Notes: generated by a model not told the origin, from the sequence alone. Shown: positions 55,251 through 63,660, counted from the stretch's first letter. The stretch is DNA of 64,000 bases from Eubacteriales bacterium (GCA_045593725.1 JAZNXE010000008.1:855-64854); one strand, 5' to 3'. Program-made: numbers and translations.

Positions 55251-56204
55251 TTATTGAAGCTCCTTAGTGGCAACCGTAGGAAATCCCGCGGGCTTTACCA
55301 TATTGTAAAAATAATCCTCCCCGCCAGAACCCACGTAGCTCTTAAGCTTTGCTTCGGTAATCAGACAGGCGTTTTTTGTTCCATCGGAAAAGCTACCCGC
55401 AAGTCTTGTAGCATCGTAGTAATACCAGCCTGCTTCGACCTTGACAACGCTCCAGAAGTGAGTTCCGTCATCCTCCGCGCCCTGATAATTCTCCGAGCGT
55501 CTTATGCCTACGTTGTCTATCTCAAAATATTCAAAGAACGCCTTTGACAGTGAATAATATGAATAGCAATCGCCCTCTCCCGATTCAAGGGTAAGGATAG
55601 CTTCCTCAATCCAGTCTGTTTCCCAATAATCGCGATTGATATTGGGAACGTTGGATTCATCTGTAAAGTATATAGTTTCTTTTTTGTTAACGTAGGAATA
55701 TATACTTCTTACCTTTTCAGTATCGGTCATATCCTTAGTTATTCCCAAGCTTTCCGCTTTTTTTGCAATCATTTCCATAAGAGTGTCGATATGATACTCC
55801 TTCGATTTTACAACATAAACAATGGTAAAAATCTCGCTCACATTTCCCGACTCATCGGTAGCTCGGTACTTCACCTTATACTCGCCCTCCTTGTTAATAT
55901 CAACAGCCTCAGCGTTGACCTCAAGGTGGGGGGCGGGGTCTGCGTTGTCCGACACAGATACCATCTTTTTAAAGGTAGGAGTTTCCCCAACGTATCCGAT
56001 TACGCGATGCGAGCCCGAAATAACGGGCGGTTCCTTATCCTTGGATGAGTCTTTGCCGAAGATAAGGCTGACTGTAAGAGTAACGCAAAAAATAAGAAGA
56101 AAAGCCGCAAAAGCAATAAAGGTAATCTTTATCACCCACCAAACACGGCTTCTGTACTCCTGTGATTCTTTGTTCATCTTCTCTTTATCCTTAAGGTATG
56201 ACAT
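55251..56204 (-). CDS. Membrane-anchored protein with an Ig-like domain and a transglutaminase-like cysteine-protease core
   Basis: 317 aa. TM, then PPVISG...DNADPAPHLEV...YKVKYRATDESGNVSE (bacterial Ig-like). Then GEGDCYSYYSL ... GTHFWSVV ... YYDA (Cys-His-Asp transglutaminase-core pattern). Confidence 0.65.
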   Translation of the reverse strand: MSYLKDKEKMNKESQEYRSRVWWVIKITFIAFAAFLLIFCVTLTVSLIFGKDSSKDKEPPVISGSHRVIGYVGETPTFKKMVSVSDNADPAPHLEVNAEAVDINKEGEYKVKYRATDESGNVSEIFTIVYVVKSKEYHIDTLMEMIAKKAESLGITKDMTDTEKVRSIYSYVNKKETIYFTDESNVPNINRDYWETDWIEEAILTLESGEGDCYSYYSLSKAFFEYFEIDNVGIRRSENYQGAEDDGTHFWSVVKVEAGWYYYDATRLAGSFSDGTKNACLITEAKLKSYVGSGGEDYFYNMVKPAGFPTVATKELQ

Positions 56205-56257
56205 ATATTCTCTCCGTAGTAATATTAAATATAATAATATAGTAATAATACATAGTC

Positions 56258-56286
56258 ATTATACACCAAAACGCCTCTCTTGTCAA
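56258..56286 (-). promoter_or_regulatory. Consensus sigma-A promoter of the six-gene Dlt-like operon
   Basis: The minus strand reads TTGACA (56286-56281), 17-nt spacer, TATAAT (56263-56258). Confidence 0.7.
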
Positions 56287-56314
56287 CGATAAAAAGTGCT
56301 TTTTGACAAGAAAA

Positions 56315-56345
56315 TGTTACACTTCGGGATAAGTGTAAAAGGAGG
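56315..56345 (-). terminator. Terminator of ispE
   Basis: TTACACTT-loop-AAGTGTAA 8-bp stem, followed on the minus strand by CATTTTCTTG. Confidence 0.5.
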
Positions 56346-56390
56346 GCGATTTATATACGCGAAAGGCGCAGAGCTTCCTCTGCACCATAC

Positions 56391-57260
56391 CTATTTAGCC
56401 GGATAACAAACCTGTGCGAAATATCCGTTATTTTGGATTATTTCCATTACTTTTTCGGCATGAGCAACACTCTCGAAAACACCGTACACTGAGGGTCCGC
56501 TTCCGCTCATCATCGCGGCTTTCGCTTCCATATCGAGCATTATCATTTTTATCTTTGCCGCCACGGGATGCTGAGCGAGAATCGGCTCTTCGAAAATATT
56601 AAAAAGGTGCTTTGAAAAATCCTCAGGGTGCTCACAAAGCAGGGCCGTCCTCAGCTTTTCTGTGCCCTTTGGGGCGTAATCGGCAAAATTATTATAAATC
56701 TTATCCATAACCCCATAGCCCCAAGGGGTAGATATTCCCTCTCCTCCGCAGGCCACCAAGAATATGGTATCTTTTGGTATTTGTGGAAACGGGTGAAGTA
56801 TATCCCCCTTGCCATCAGAATAGGCGCATCCTCCCTCAATACAGAAAGGCACGTCCGCTCCAAGCGTACTTCCAAGGGCGCAAAGCTCCTCAGTCGTTAG
56901 CTTGCTACCGCAGAGTCGGTTCAAGGCAAGGAGAGTTGCTGCCGCATCGGCGCTACCTCCCGCAAGTCCTGCTGCCATAGGTATTCTCTTTTCGATTTTG
57001 ATATGCGCACCGCACTCAATATGTGCGGTACTCAAATACAGCCTTGCCGCTCTCACCGCTATATTCTTTTCGTCGGTAGGTACGCCCTGTATGTCACACT
57101 CGCAGGATATATCCTTGGTGCTTTTAAGCGTGACGCTTACGTTATCGCACAGCGAAACAGTCTGCATTACGGTTTCCACGCTGTGAAAGCCGTCATCACG
57201 TATTCCCGTTATATCAAGATGAAGATTTATTTTAGCGTACGCCTTTACAGTTTCGGTCAT
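56391..57260 (-). CDS. ispE: 4-(cytidine 5'-diphospho)-2-C-methyl-D-erythritol kinase
   Basis: 289 aa. AYAKINLHLDITG.. and GHMP motif PMAAGLAGGSADAAA. Confidence 0.92.
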   Translation of the reverse strand: MTETVKAYAKINLHLDITGIRDDGFHSVETVMQTVSLCDNVSVTLKSTKDISCECDIQGVPTDEKNIAVRAARLYLSTAHIECGAHIKIEKRIPMAAGLAGGSADAAATLLALNRLCGSKLTTEELCALGSTLGADVPFCIEGGCAYSDGKGDILHPFPQIPKDTIFLVACGGEGISTPWGYGVMDKIYNNFADYAPKGTEKLRTALLCEHPEDFSKHLFNIFEEPILAQHPVAAKIKMIMLDMEAKAAMMSGSGPSVYGVFESVAHAEKVMEIIQNNGYFAQVCYPAK

Positions 57261-57356
57261 AAGCTCTCTCCTTATGCTTTTATGTAATAATTATATCAAA
57301 ACTCCTATCTTTTTTCAAGTATTTATTGTGTGAATGTAAATTTTTCTTGCTCTATC

Positions 57357-57385
57357 TTGACGAAAGGAAGAATTAGAGATAAAAT
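57357..57385 (+). promoter_or_regulatory. Sigma-A promoter of htpG
   Basis: TTGACG (57357-57362), 17-nt spacer, TAAAAT (57380-57385). No CIRCE nearby. Confidence 0.55.
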
Positions 57386-57424
57386 ATATAGGAAATACAA
57401 TATTTGTATAGGAGAAAACATATT

Positions 57425-59266
57425 ATGTCAGAAGAAATGAAGGTGAAAAAGGGCGGCATCTCGGTTGACACCGAGCATATATTCCCTATTATAAAAAAAT
57501 GGCTCTACTCCGAAAAGGATATATTCCTTCGCGAGATAGTTTCAAATGCCTCGGACGCTATAACAAAGCTGCGCCGTCTTGCTTCTCTCGGCATCCGCGA
57601 GGACAGCGGAGAGGAATATCGCATTACCGTAACTCTTGACAAGGATGCGGGCACTCTTACCGTAAGCGACAATGGAATCGGTATGAGCGAGGAGGAGCTT
57701 AATAAGTATATTTGCAGCATTGCTCTGTCGGGCGCTGTCGATTTTATTCAGAAATACGAGAAGGAAGAGGGCGAGGGCGCAGGCAAAAACGGCATTATCG
57801 GTCACTTCGGTCTTGGCTTCTACTCTGCGTTTATGGTAAGTAACAGCGTTGAGGTAATAACGAAATCCTATACCGACGCTCCCGCCGTACATTGGATATG
57901 CTCGGAGAGCGGCGAATATGAGCTGTCAGCTGCCCAAAAGGAAGGTCACGGCACATCTGTAATAATGCACATTTCGGATAGCGAGTCGGAATTTTTACAG
58001 CGTTCAAAGATAAGAGCTATACTTGAGAAATACTGCTCCTTTATGCCGGTTGACATATATTTTGTTGACGTAGATGAAGAAAAGAAGGAGAATGACACCG
58101 AAGAGCCTATTAACGACACCTGCCCTCTCTGGCAAAAGCAGCCCTCCGAGTGCCATGATGAAGATTACGTCGATTTTTACCGTAAGGTATTTAATGATTT
58201 CAAAGAACCTCTGTTCCATATTCACATAAATGCGGATTATCCCCTCAATTTCAAGGGAATCCTTTACTTCCCCAAGTTTGCCAACGAATACGAAACTATT
58301 GAGGGTCAGGTAAAGCTCTATTACAATCAGGTTTACGTAGCCGACAATATCAAAGAGGTAATACCCGAATATCTGCTTATGCTCAAGGGTGTTCTTGACT
58401 GCCCCGAGCTTCCTCTTAACGTGTCAAGAAGCTATCTTCAGACCAATACCTACGTATCAAAGATTTCGGCTCATATAGTGAAGAAGGTTGCCGACAAGCT
58501 CAATTCCCTCTGCCTCAATGACCGCGAAAGGTACGCAAGGATATGGAGCGACATCTCGCCCTTTATCGAATATGCCTGTATCAAGGACAGAAAGTTCTAT
58601 GACAGAGTTAAGAGTTCTCTGCTTCTTACCCTGTGCGACGGCACGGTCAAGACATATGAGGAATATCTTAATGATGCCAAGGAGAGTCACGAAAACAAAA
58701 TATATTATGCCACCGACAAGGCGTTACAGGCTCAGTATATCTCTATGTTTGAGGCTCAAAACATCAAGGTCGTCCTTCTTGACAAGCCCATTGACACTCA
58801 GTTCTCCTCTATCGTTGAGCAATATATGCCCGACGTTAAGTTCCTCCGAGTTGACGCGGACGTGGCGGACAGTCTTAAGGCTGACGGCGAGATAAGCGAG
58901 AGCGAGGCACTCAAGGATATTTTCAGCGAGATTCTGGGCGACAAGGTTTCCCTGAAATTTGACGCGCTCAAGGATGAGAGCGTTCCCGCAATACTCAACG
59001 TAAGCGAGCAATCCAGAAGGATGGAGGAGCTTATGCGTATGTACGGAATGGACGGAGGCGCTTACCCCACAGAAAGCACCTTCGTGCTTAACACCGCTTC
59101 CCCTCTTATCAAAAAATTAGAGATTACCGCCCAGGGTGAGCCACAGAAGGCTAAGGAAATGGCGGCATATATTTACAAGCTTTCGCTTCTCTCTCAAAAG
59201 AAGTTCTCCTCAGAGGAAATGCAGGACTTTATGAAGAGCAGCTTTGAGCTTATGATGAAGCTTTAA
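57425..59266 (+). CDS. htpG: Molecular chaperone HtpG (Hsp90)
   Basis: LYSEKDIFLREIVSNASDA, GIGMS, and GHFGLGFYSAFMV. ATG 57425 follows AGGAG. Confidence 0.93.
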   Translation: MSEEMKVKKGGISVDTEHIFPIIKKWLYSEKDIFLREIVSNASDAITKLRRLASLGIREDSGEEYRITVTLDKDAGTLTVSDNGIGMSEEELNKYICSIALSGAVDFIQKYEKEEGEGAGKNGIIGHFGLGFYSAFMVSNSVEVITKSYTDAPAVHWICSESGEYELSAAQKEGHGTSVIMHISDSESEFLQRSKIRAILEKYCSFMPVDIYFVDVDEEKKENDTEEPINDTCPLWQKQPSECHDEDYVDFYRKVFNDFKEPLFHIHINADYPLNFKGILYFPKFANEYETIEGQVKLYYNQVYVADNIKEVIPEYLLMLKGVLDCPELPLNVSRSYLQTNTYVSKISAHIVKKVADKLNSLCLNDRERYARIWSDISPFIEYACIKDRKFYDRVKSSLLLTLCDGTVKTYEEYLNDAKESHENKIYYATDKALQAQYISMFEAQNIKVVLLDKPIDTQFSSIVEQYMPDVKFLRVDADVADSLKADGEISESEALKDIFSEILGDKVSLKFDALKDESVPAILNVSEQSRRMEELMRMYGMDGGAYPTESTFVLNTASPLIKKLEITAQGEPQKAKEMAAYIYKLSLLSQKKFSSEEMQDFMKSSFELMMKL

Positions 59267-59277
59267 TGGGAGGATAT

Positions 59278-59535
59278 ATGGAAAATATTTCTTATATAAC
59301 AAAGGGCGTTTGCTCAAGAAAAATCGATATTCAGATAGAGGACGGAATAATAACCTCTGTAAAATTTGTAGGCGGCTGTGCCGGCAACACACAGGGCATA
59401 TCGGCACTTGTTAAGGGAATGTCGGTTGATGAGGCAATAGAGCGTCTTTCGGGAATCCGCTGCGGATTTAAAAGCACCTCCTGCCCCGACCAGCTTGCAA
59501 CCGCTCTTAAAGAGCTTAAAGAGAAAAACGCATAA
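59278..59535 (+). CDS. TSCPD-domain small protein (TIGR03905-like four-Cys protein)
   Basis: 85 aa. ..SVKFVGGCAGNTQGISALVKGMSVDEAIERLSGIRCGFKSTSCPDQLA. GGAGGA lies upstream. Confidence 0.75.
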   Translation: MENISYITKGVCSRKIDIQIEDGIITSVKFVGGCAGNTQGISALVKGMSVDEAIERLSGIRCGFKSTSCPDQLATALKELKEKNA

Positions 59536-59539
59536 TTTA

Positions 59540-59571
59540 GCAACCGCCCATACGGGCGGTTGCTTTACTTT
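59540..59571 (+). terminator. Rho-independent terminator of the htpG-TSCPD unit
   Basis: GCAACCGCCC-ATAC-GGGCGGTTGC followed by TTTACTTTG. Confidence 0.8.
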
Positions 59572-59594
59572 GTATATAAATTTACAATTTTCTA

Positions 59595-59622
59595 TTGACA
59601 AAATCTTTTTTTATGGTATAAT
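59595..59622 (+). promoter_or_regulatory. Sigma-A promoter upstream of the CNNM/CorC leader
   Basis: TTGACA (59595-59600), 16-nt spacer, TGgTATAAT (-10 at 59617-59622). Confidence 0.65.
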
Positions 59623-59671
59623 GTACTCAAAGGATATATCATATCCAAATTATTTTTAGGAGAAAACAGCC

Positions 59672-59728
59672 GTGGATAACTGCGATAGTGACGGTAACTG
59701 TCGAAGTACATACTCAATAGCGTGTTGA
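59672..59728 (+). CDS. Candidate 18-codon leader ORF in the CNNM 5' leader
   Basis: AGGAG (59658-59662) lies 9 nt before GTG. The peptide is (M)DNCDSDGNCRSTYSIAC. Speculative. Confidence 0.25.
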   Translation: MDNCDSDGNCRSTYSIAC

Positions 59729-59834
59729 TGCATAACCTGCGTTTTTTACAAAAAAGCTCGGGCTATGCTTTTTTGCGTTTTTGAGTTTTCCCTTCTGCTT
59801 TCAATCACAAATTATTTATTTTAAGGAGTAAATC

Positions 59835-61145
59835 ATGCCTGACGGGAGTACTACCCTAGAAATTGTTTTAATGTTAATTCTTGTGGCCTTGTCCGCTTTC
59901 TTTTCGGCAAGCGAGACTGCCTTCACCTCTTTTAACCGCACCAAGATGAAAAATCTTGCGTCCGAGGGCAACAAGCGAGCAGTCTCTGCCTTGAAGCTTT
60001 CCGATAACTATGATAAGCTTCTTTCCACCATTCTTGTTGGAAATAACATAGTAAATATTTCCCTTTCATCTATAGCTACGCTATGGTTTGTAAAAATGCT
60101 GACGCATCCCAGCGTTGCGGGATACGCGGCAGGAATTGCTACCGCTGTTACTACGGTAGTCGTCCTCATCTTCGGCGAGATAACCCCTAAAAGCCTTGCT
60201 AAGGAGCACGCAGAAGGACTGGCTATGGCAATTACGCCCATCCTCCGTTTCCTGATGGCAATACTCACACCGGTGAACTGGATATTTATGCTTTGGAAAA
60301 AGCTTCTTACGAAAGTATTTAAGGCAAAAGCTGTGGATACTGTTACTGAGGGCGAGGTTCTTACCCTCATTGACGAAGCACACGAGGACGGAAGTATTGA
60401 CGAATACAACAAAGAGCTGATTGAAAATATATTTGACTTTGACGACCTTTGCGCGGGCGAGATTGCTACTCACCGCACAGAGCTTACTTTCCTCGATAGC
60501 TCGGATAATGACGAAGAATGGGAAAGAATAATAAGCAACAGCCGCTTCTCCCGTTATCCTATCTGCGGAGATAGCATTGATGATATTATTGGTATCCTTG
60601 ATGCCAGAGATTATCTAAGGCTTGAGGATAAAAGCCGAGAAAATGTTATGGCAAACGTGGTGTCCCCCGCATATTTTGTTCCTGAGGCTGTAAAAGCCGA
60701 CGTTCTGTTCAAAAATATGCGTGACCATAAGGAATCCCTTGCAGTCGTTCTTGATGAATACGGCGGGGTTCTGGGAATAGTTACTATGACCGACCTTGTT
60801 GAATGCTTGGTAGGTGAACTCACTCAGGACGAGGACGATGAGGAGGAAATCGAGGAAATTGCTGAAATCGGCGAAGGCTCTTGGCGTATTACGGGAAGCG
60901 CTTCGATTTCCGAGGTTGAGGAGGCTATCGGCGTTAAGTTCGAGGACAGCGACTCCGACACGGTCAGCGGCTTCGTGCTCGGTCTTTACGGCTCTATCCC
61001 CGAGGACGGCTCCAGCTTTGAGGTATCAACCGACACTCTTGATATCCAAATTGAGGAAATCAAGGACCACAAGGTGGGAAGCGCCATCATCACGCTCAAG
61101 CCCGAGGATGAAGAGGAAGGCAAGAACGCGACAGAGCAGGAATAA
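59835..61145 (+). CDS. CNNM/CorC/TlyC-family protein (DUF21 TM domain, CBS pair, CorC_HlyC domain)
   Basis: 436 aa. ALSAFFSASETAFTS (DUF21), CBS pair, C-terminal transporter-associated domain, and an acidic tail. Confidence 0.85.
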   Translation: MPDGSTTLEIVLMLILVALSAFFSASETAFTSFNRTKMKNLASEGNKRAVSALKLSDNYDKLLSTILVGNNIVNISLSSIATLWFVKMLTHPSVAGYAAGIATAVTTVVVLIFGEITPKSLAKEHAEGLAMAITPILRFLMAILTPVNWIFMLWKKLLTKVFKAKAVDTVTEGEVLTLIDEAHEDGSIDEYNKELIENIFDFDDLCAGEIATHRTELTFLDSSDNDEEWERIISNSRFSRYPICGDSIDDIIGILDARDYLRLEDKSRENVMANVVSPAYFVPEAVKADVLFKNMRDHKESLAVVLDEYGGVLGIVTMTDLVECLVGELTQDEDDEEEIEEIAEIGEGSWRITGSASISEVEEAIGVKFEDSDSDTVSGFVLGLYGSIPEDGSSFEVSTDTLDIQIEEIKDHKVGSAIITLKPEDEEEGKNATEQE

Positions 61146-61171
61146 AATCCACCTATAATATAGGAGAAAAA

Positions 61172-62461
61172 ATGAAAAAAAACAACAAAAAAATCAGCTC
61201 CGACAATCTGCATTATTTAAAAATTCTGGGAATTGTATTTGCTGCTATCCTTTTTTACGCCGTTATAAGCAATCTTGGTATATTCTTCTCGGGATTGAAA
61301 TTTCTTTGGAACGTATTTATACCTGTGACCTTAGGACTTTCTATCGCATTTGTATTGAATATGCCACTGAGGTTTTTCGAGAACAGAATTTTTGGAAAGC
61401 TCTCATCTAAAAACACAAAGCTATGGGCTAAGCTAAAGCGCCCTGTTTGTCTTGCTCTCAGTGTGCTTACCATACTGTCCTTGCTGGTGCTTCTGCTCTC
61501 ATTTGTTATTCCACAGTTTATATCAACCTGCGCAGATTTCTTCCTGAAGCTCCCCGAGTATATGGACCAGCTGAGCCAAACCGTCCGCCAGCTTATAATC
61601 CGTTTCAATCTTCCTATTGACCTTAACAACGTAACCGTGGATTGGAATTCGGTTAGCGCATGGGCTCTTGAGATGTTTGACGCAAACGGTCAGACTATAA
61701 CTCAAAGTGCTATTGACATAATATCGGGACTTGTAAACGGTATTGTGAACATTATCCTTGGAGTTGTTATTTCATTGTATATCCTTGCTTCCAAGGAAAA
61801 GTTTGGAAAATTGGCAAAGAGCCTTTTGTACTCCGTGACAAAACGCGACAAGGCAAAGAAAATCATCTCCGTGGTTGTCCTTTCCAACAAGGCATTTACG
61901 GGTTTTGTTGCGGGTCAGTGCGTAGAGATGGGCATCATCGGAGCGCTTTGCTTTATCGGTATGCTCATATTGAGATTTCCCCATGCTCTTATGGTGTCCT
62001 GCATCATTGCGGTTACCGCGTTTATTCCTATATTTGGTGGAATAATTGGGGCAATAATCGGCGCGTTCCTTATACTTCTCGTTGACCCTGTGAAGGCTGT
62101 TTGGTTCTTGATATTTATCATAGTTCTTCAGCAGCTGGAATCACACATAATATACCCCAGAATGATGGGAAAGCACGTATCTCTTCCCGGTATATGGGTT
62201 CTTCTGGCAGTAACCATCGGTGGGGGCTTGTTTGGTGTTGTTGGAATCATCATAAGCGTTCCTCTGTGCAGTATTTTTCATACACTCTTTGAGCAGTGGA
62301 TAATAAAGCGGCTTGAGGAAAGAAACATCTGCCTCCGCACAATGTCACACGATTCATCAGAGCCAAATTCCATTTTTGATGAAATAATAGAGGAAATCGA
62401 ATCAGAAGAAAGCGACGGCACCGATTCTGTCAACAACAGCGAATCAAAAGATAAGCAATAA
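61172..62461 (+). CDS. AI-2E-family transporter (PerM/UPF0118)
   Basis: 429 aa and about 8 TM. ..QQLESHIIYPRMMGKHVSLPGIWVLLAV.. is typical of the family. Confidence 0.82.
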   Translation: MKKNNKKISSDNLHYLKILGIVFAAILFYAVISNLGIFFSGLKFLWNVFIPVTLGLSIAFVLNMPLRFFENRIFGKLSSKNTKLWAKLKRPVCLALSVLTILSLLVLLLSFVIPQFISTCADFFLKLPEYMDQLSQTVRQLIIRFNLPIDLNNVTVDWNSVSAWALEMFDANGQTITQSAIDIISGLVNGIVNIILGVVISLYILASKEKFGKLAKSLLYSVTKRDKAKKIISVVVLSNKAFTGFVAGQCVEMGIIGALCFIGMLILRFPHALMVSCIIAVTAFIPIFGGIIGAIIGAFLILLVDPVKAVWFLIFIIVLQQLESHIIYPRMMGKHVSLPGIWVLLAVTIGGGLFGVVGIIISVPLCSIFHTLFEQWIIKRLEERNICLRTMSHDSSEPNSIFDEIIEEIESEESDGTDSVNNSESKDKQ

Positions 62462-62465
62462 AGCA

Positions 62466-62514
62466 AGGCACTTATGCTATACGGAAATTCCCGTGTATCA
62501 TAAGTGCCTGTTTT
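62466..62514. terminator. Long hairpin terminator between the convergent AI-2E and holin-like genes
   Basis: GGCACTTATG.TATACGG-loop-CCGTGTAT.CATAAGTGCC followed by TGTTTTA. Confidence 0.75.
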
Positions 62515-62517
62515 ATG

Positions 62518-62730
62518 TTATTCCTTTTTGTTTTTTCCCGCGTCTGCTATTCCCTCGCCCACTATATAGGCAACCAGAGCGGCGCAGCCCGACATTATAA
62601 GCTTAACGTTTTCCTCATCCATATCGGGACAGAACACAGCGGTCCCCACCGCTACGAAAAATCCCACTACTGCTGCCCACAGCTTTCTGCTGGTCAATTT
62701 TTCTTTAATTAAATCAGTATTTATTTTCAT
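62518..62730 (-). CDS. Small two-TM holin-like protein
   Basis: 70 aa. SRKLWAAVVGFFVAVGTAVF .. LIMSGCAALVAYIVGEGI with a charged C-terminus (GKNKKE). The start abuts the stop of the upstream small gene. Confidence 0.55.
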   Translation of the reverse strand: MKINTDLIKEKLTSRKLWAAVVGFFVAVGTAVFCPDMDEENVKLIMSGCAALVAYIVGEGIADAGKNKKE

Positions 62731-63027
62731 TTATTTTTCCTTCGTATTTTGTACTTCATCCAAGCGCGTATGCGCAAGCTTTATTGATTGCTCTGCGATT
62801 ATAAGTCTTTCGGTTATCTCCTTAATATCGCTCTTTACATGTGATAAATCCTTCTTTATCTCGGCTATACCCTCGCTTATTCCCTCAAGTTTGACTATGA
62901 CCATTGTCATCTGGGCGCCATCCTTGCGGCTATCAGCCTTGGTGTGCCGCCTTATTGAGTTCATTCCCGAATATATACCAAACGCCATTGTTATCCCCGA
63001 TATCAAGAGCGCAATTTCAATTTCCAT
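62731..63027 (-). CDS. BhlA/UviB-like small protein (N-terminal TM plus coiled coil)
   Basis: 98 aa. MEIEIALLISGITMAFGIYSG TM, then a heptad-like coiled coil (LEGISEGIAEIKKDLSHVKSDIKEITERLIIAEQSIKLAHTRLDEV). Confidence 0.5.
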   Translation of the reverse strand: MEIEIALLISGITMAFGIYSGMNSIRRHTKADSRKDGAQMTMVIVKLEGISEGIAEIKKDLSHVKSDIKEITERLIIAEQSIKLAHTRLDEVQNTKEK

Positions 63028-63098
63028 ACCTTTTCCTTTCTAAAATCCATACTTTCCCTTTGTTATCCGTTAATATTATACTTCATAAGGTGAGCCTG

Positions 63099-63122
63099 TT
63101 ACTGACAGATTTCCGTCAGTAA
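63099..63122. promoter_or_regulatory. Perfect 8-N8-8 inverted repeat overlapping the putative -35 of the BhlA-like gene (candidate operator)
   Basis: TTACTGAC-AGATTTCC-GTCAGTAA. The minus-strand -10 TATAAT is at 63080-63075. Confidence 0.4.
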
Positions 63123-63152
63123 TTTTTAAGCTTAAAAATTTACATATTATAC

Positions 63153-63181
63153 TTGAAAAAGACTCGTATTTATGGTATATT
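63153..63181 (+). promoter_or_regulatory. Sigma-A promoter of the 142-aa membrane protein gene
   Basis: TTGAAA (63153-63158), 17-nt spacer, TGgTATATT (-10 at 63176-63181). Confidence 0.55.
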
Positions 63182-63218
63182 AAAGGGGTACACTACCGAA
63201 AGGAACAAACTTTAAATC

Positions 63219-63647
63219 ATGGAAATTAGTAAACTGATAAAGAAAACGCTTTGCCAAGCCTGCGTATGCTTTACAGCTATATCCGCGGGATATATGCTCA
63301 TATTGCGTATAATAAATATAGGTGATTCCGCCGCCGTGGAAGCAGACCGAGTGCTTTTCTTCTTTCTTTTTTCGCTTCTGTTTTCTATTGCAAATGCTAT
63401 AAAAGGAATAAGCCAGATACACTCCGCGCTGCGGTATATTCTCCATTATGTTATATCCACCTTTGCTTTTTATGCGTGCTTCCTTCTTCCTTCACAAATG
63501 AGAGGCTCGTTTATGTTTACGGGGTTGGTATTATTTACACTCGGGTATTTTATGGTAGTGGGAACGATAGCTATCTTCACCTCGCGTTTGAAGAACAACC
63601 GAGAAAAGAGCGCAGCATACAGCAATCAGTTTAAGAAAACAAAATAA
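63219..63647 (+). CDS. Hypothetical four-TM membrane protein
   Basis: 142 aa and hydrophobic, with a basic C-terminal tail. Family not confidently recognised. Confidence 0.6.
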   Translation: MEISKLIKKTLCQACVCFTAISAGYMLILRIINIGDSAAVEADRVLFFFLFSLLFSIANAIKGISQIHSALRYILHYVISTFAFYACFLLPSQMRGSFMFTGLVLFTLGYFMVVGTIAIFTSRLKNNREKSAAYSNQFKKTK

Positions 63648-63660
63648 GTTGATTTGACAT

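Noticed and set aside
62518-63647. Prophage remnant hypothesis for the holin-like region
   Set aside because: No integrase, terminase, capsid, tail or endolysin gene lies within reach, and no att-like repeats were seen. Only the two small genes have any phage flavour, so I report them as an orphan module instead.
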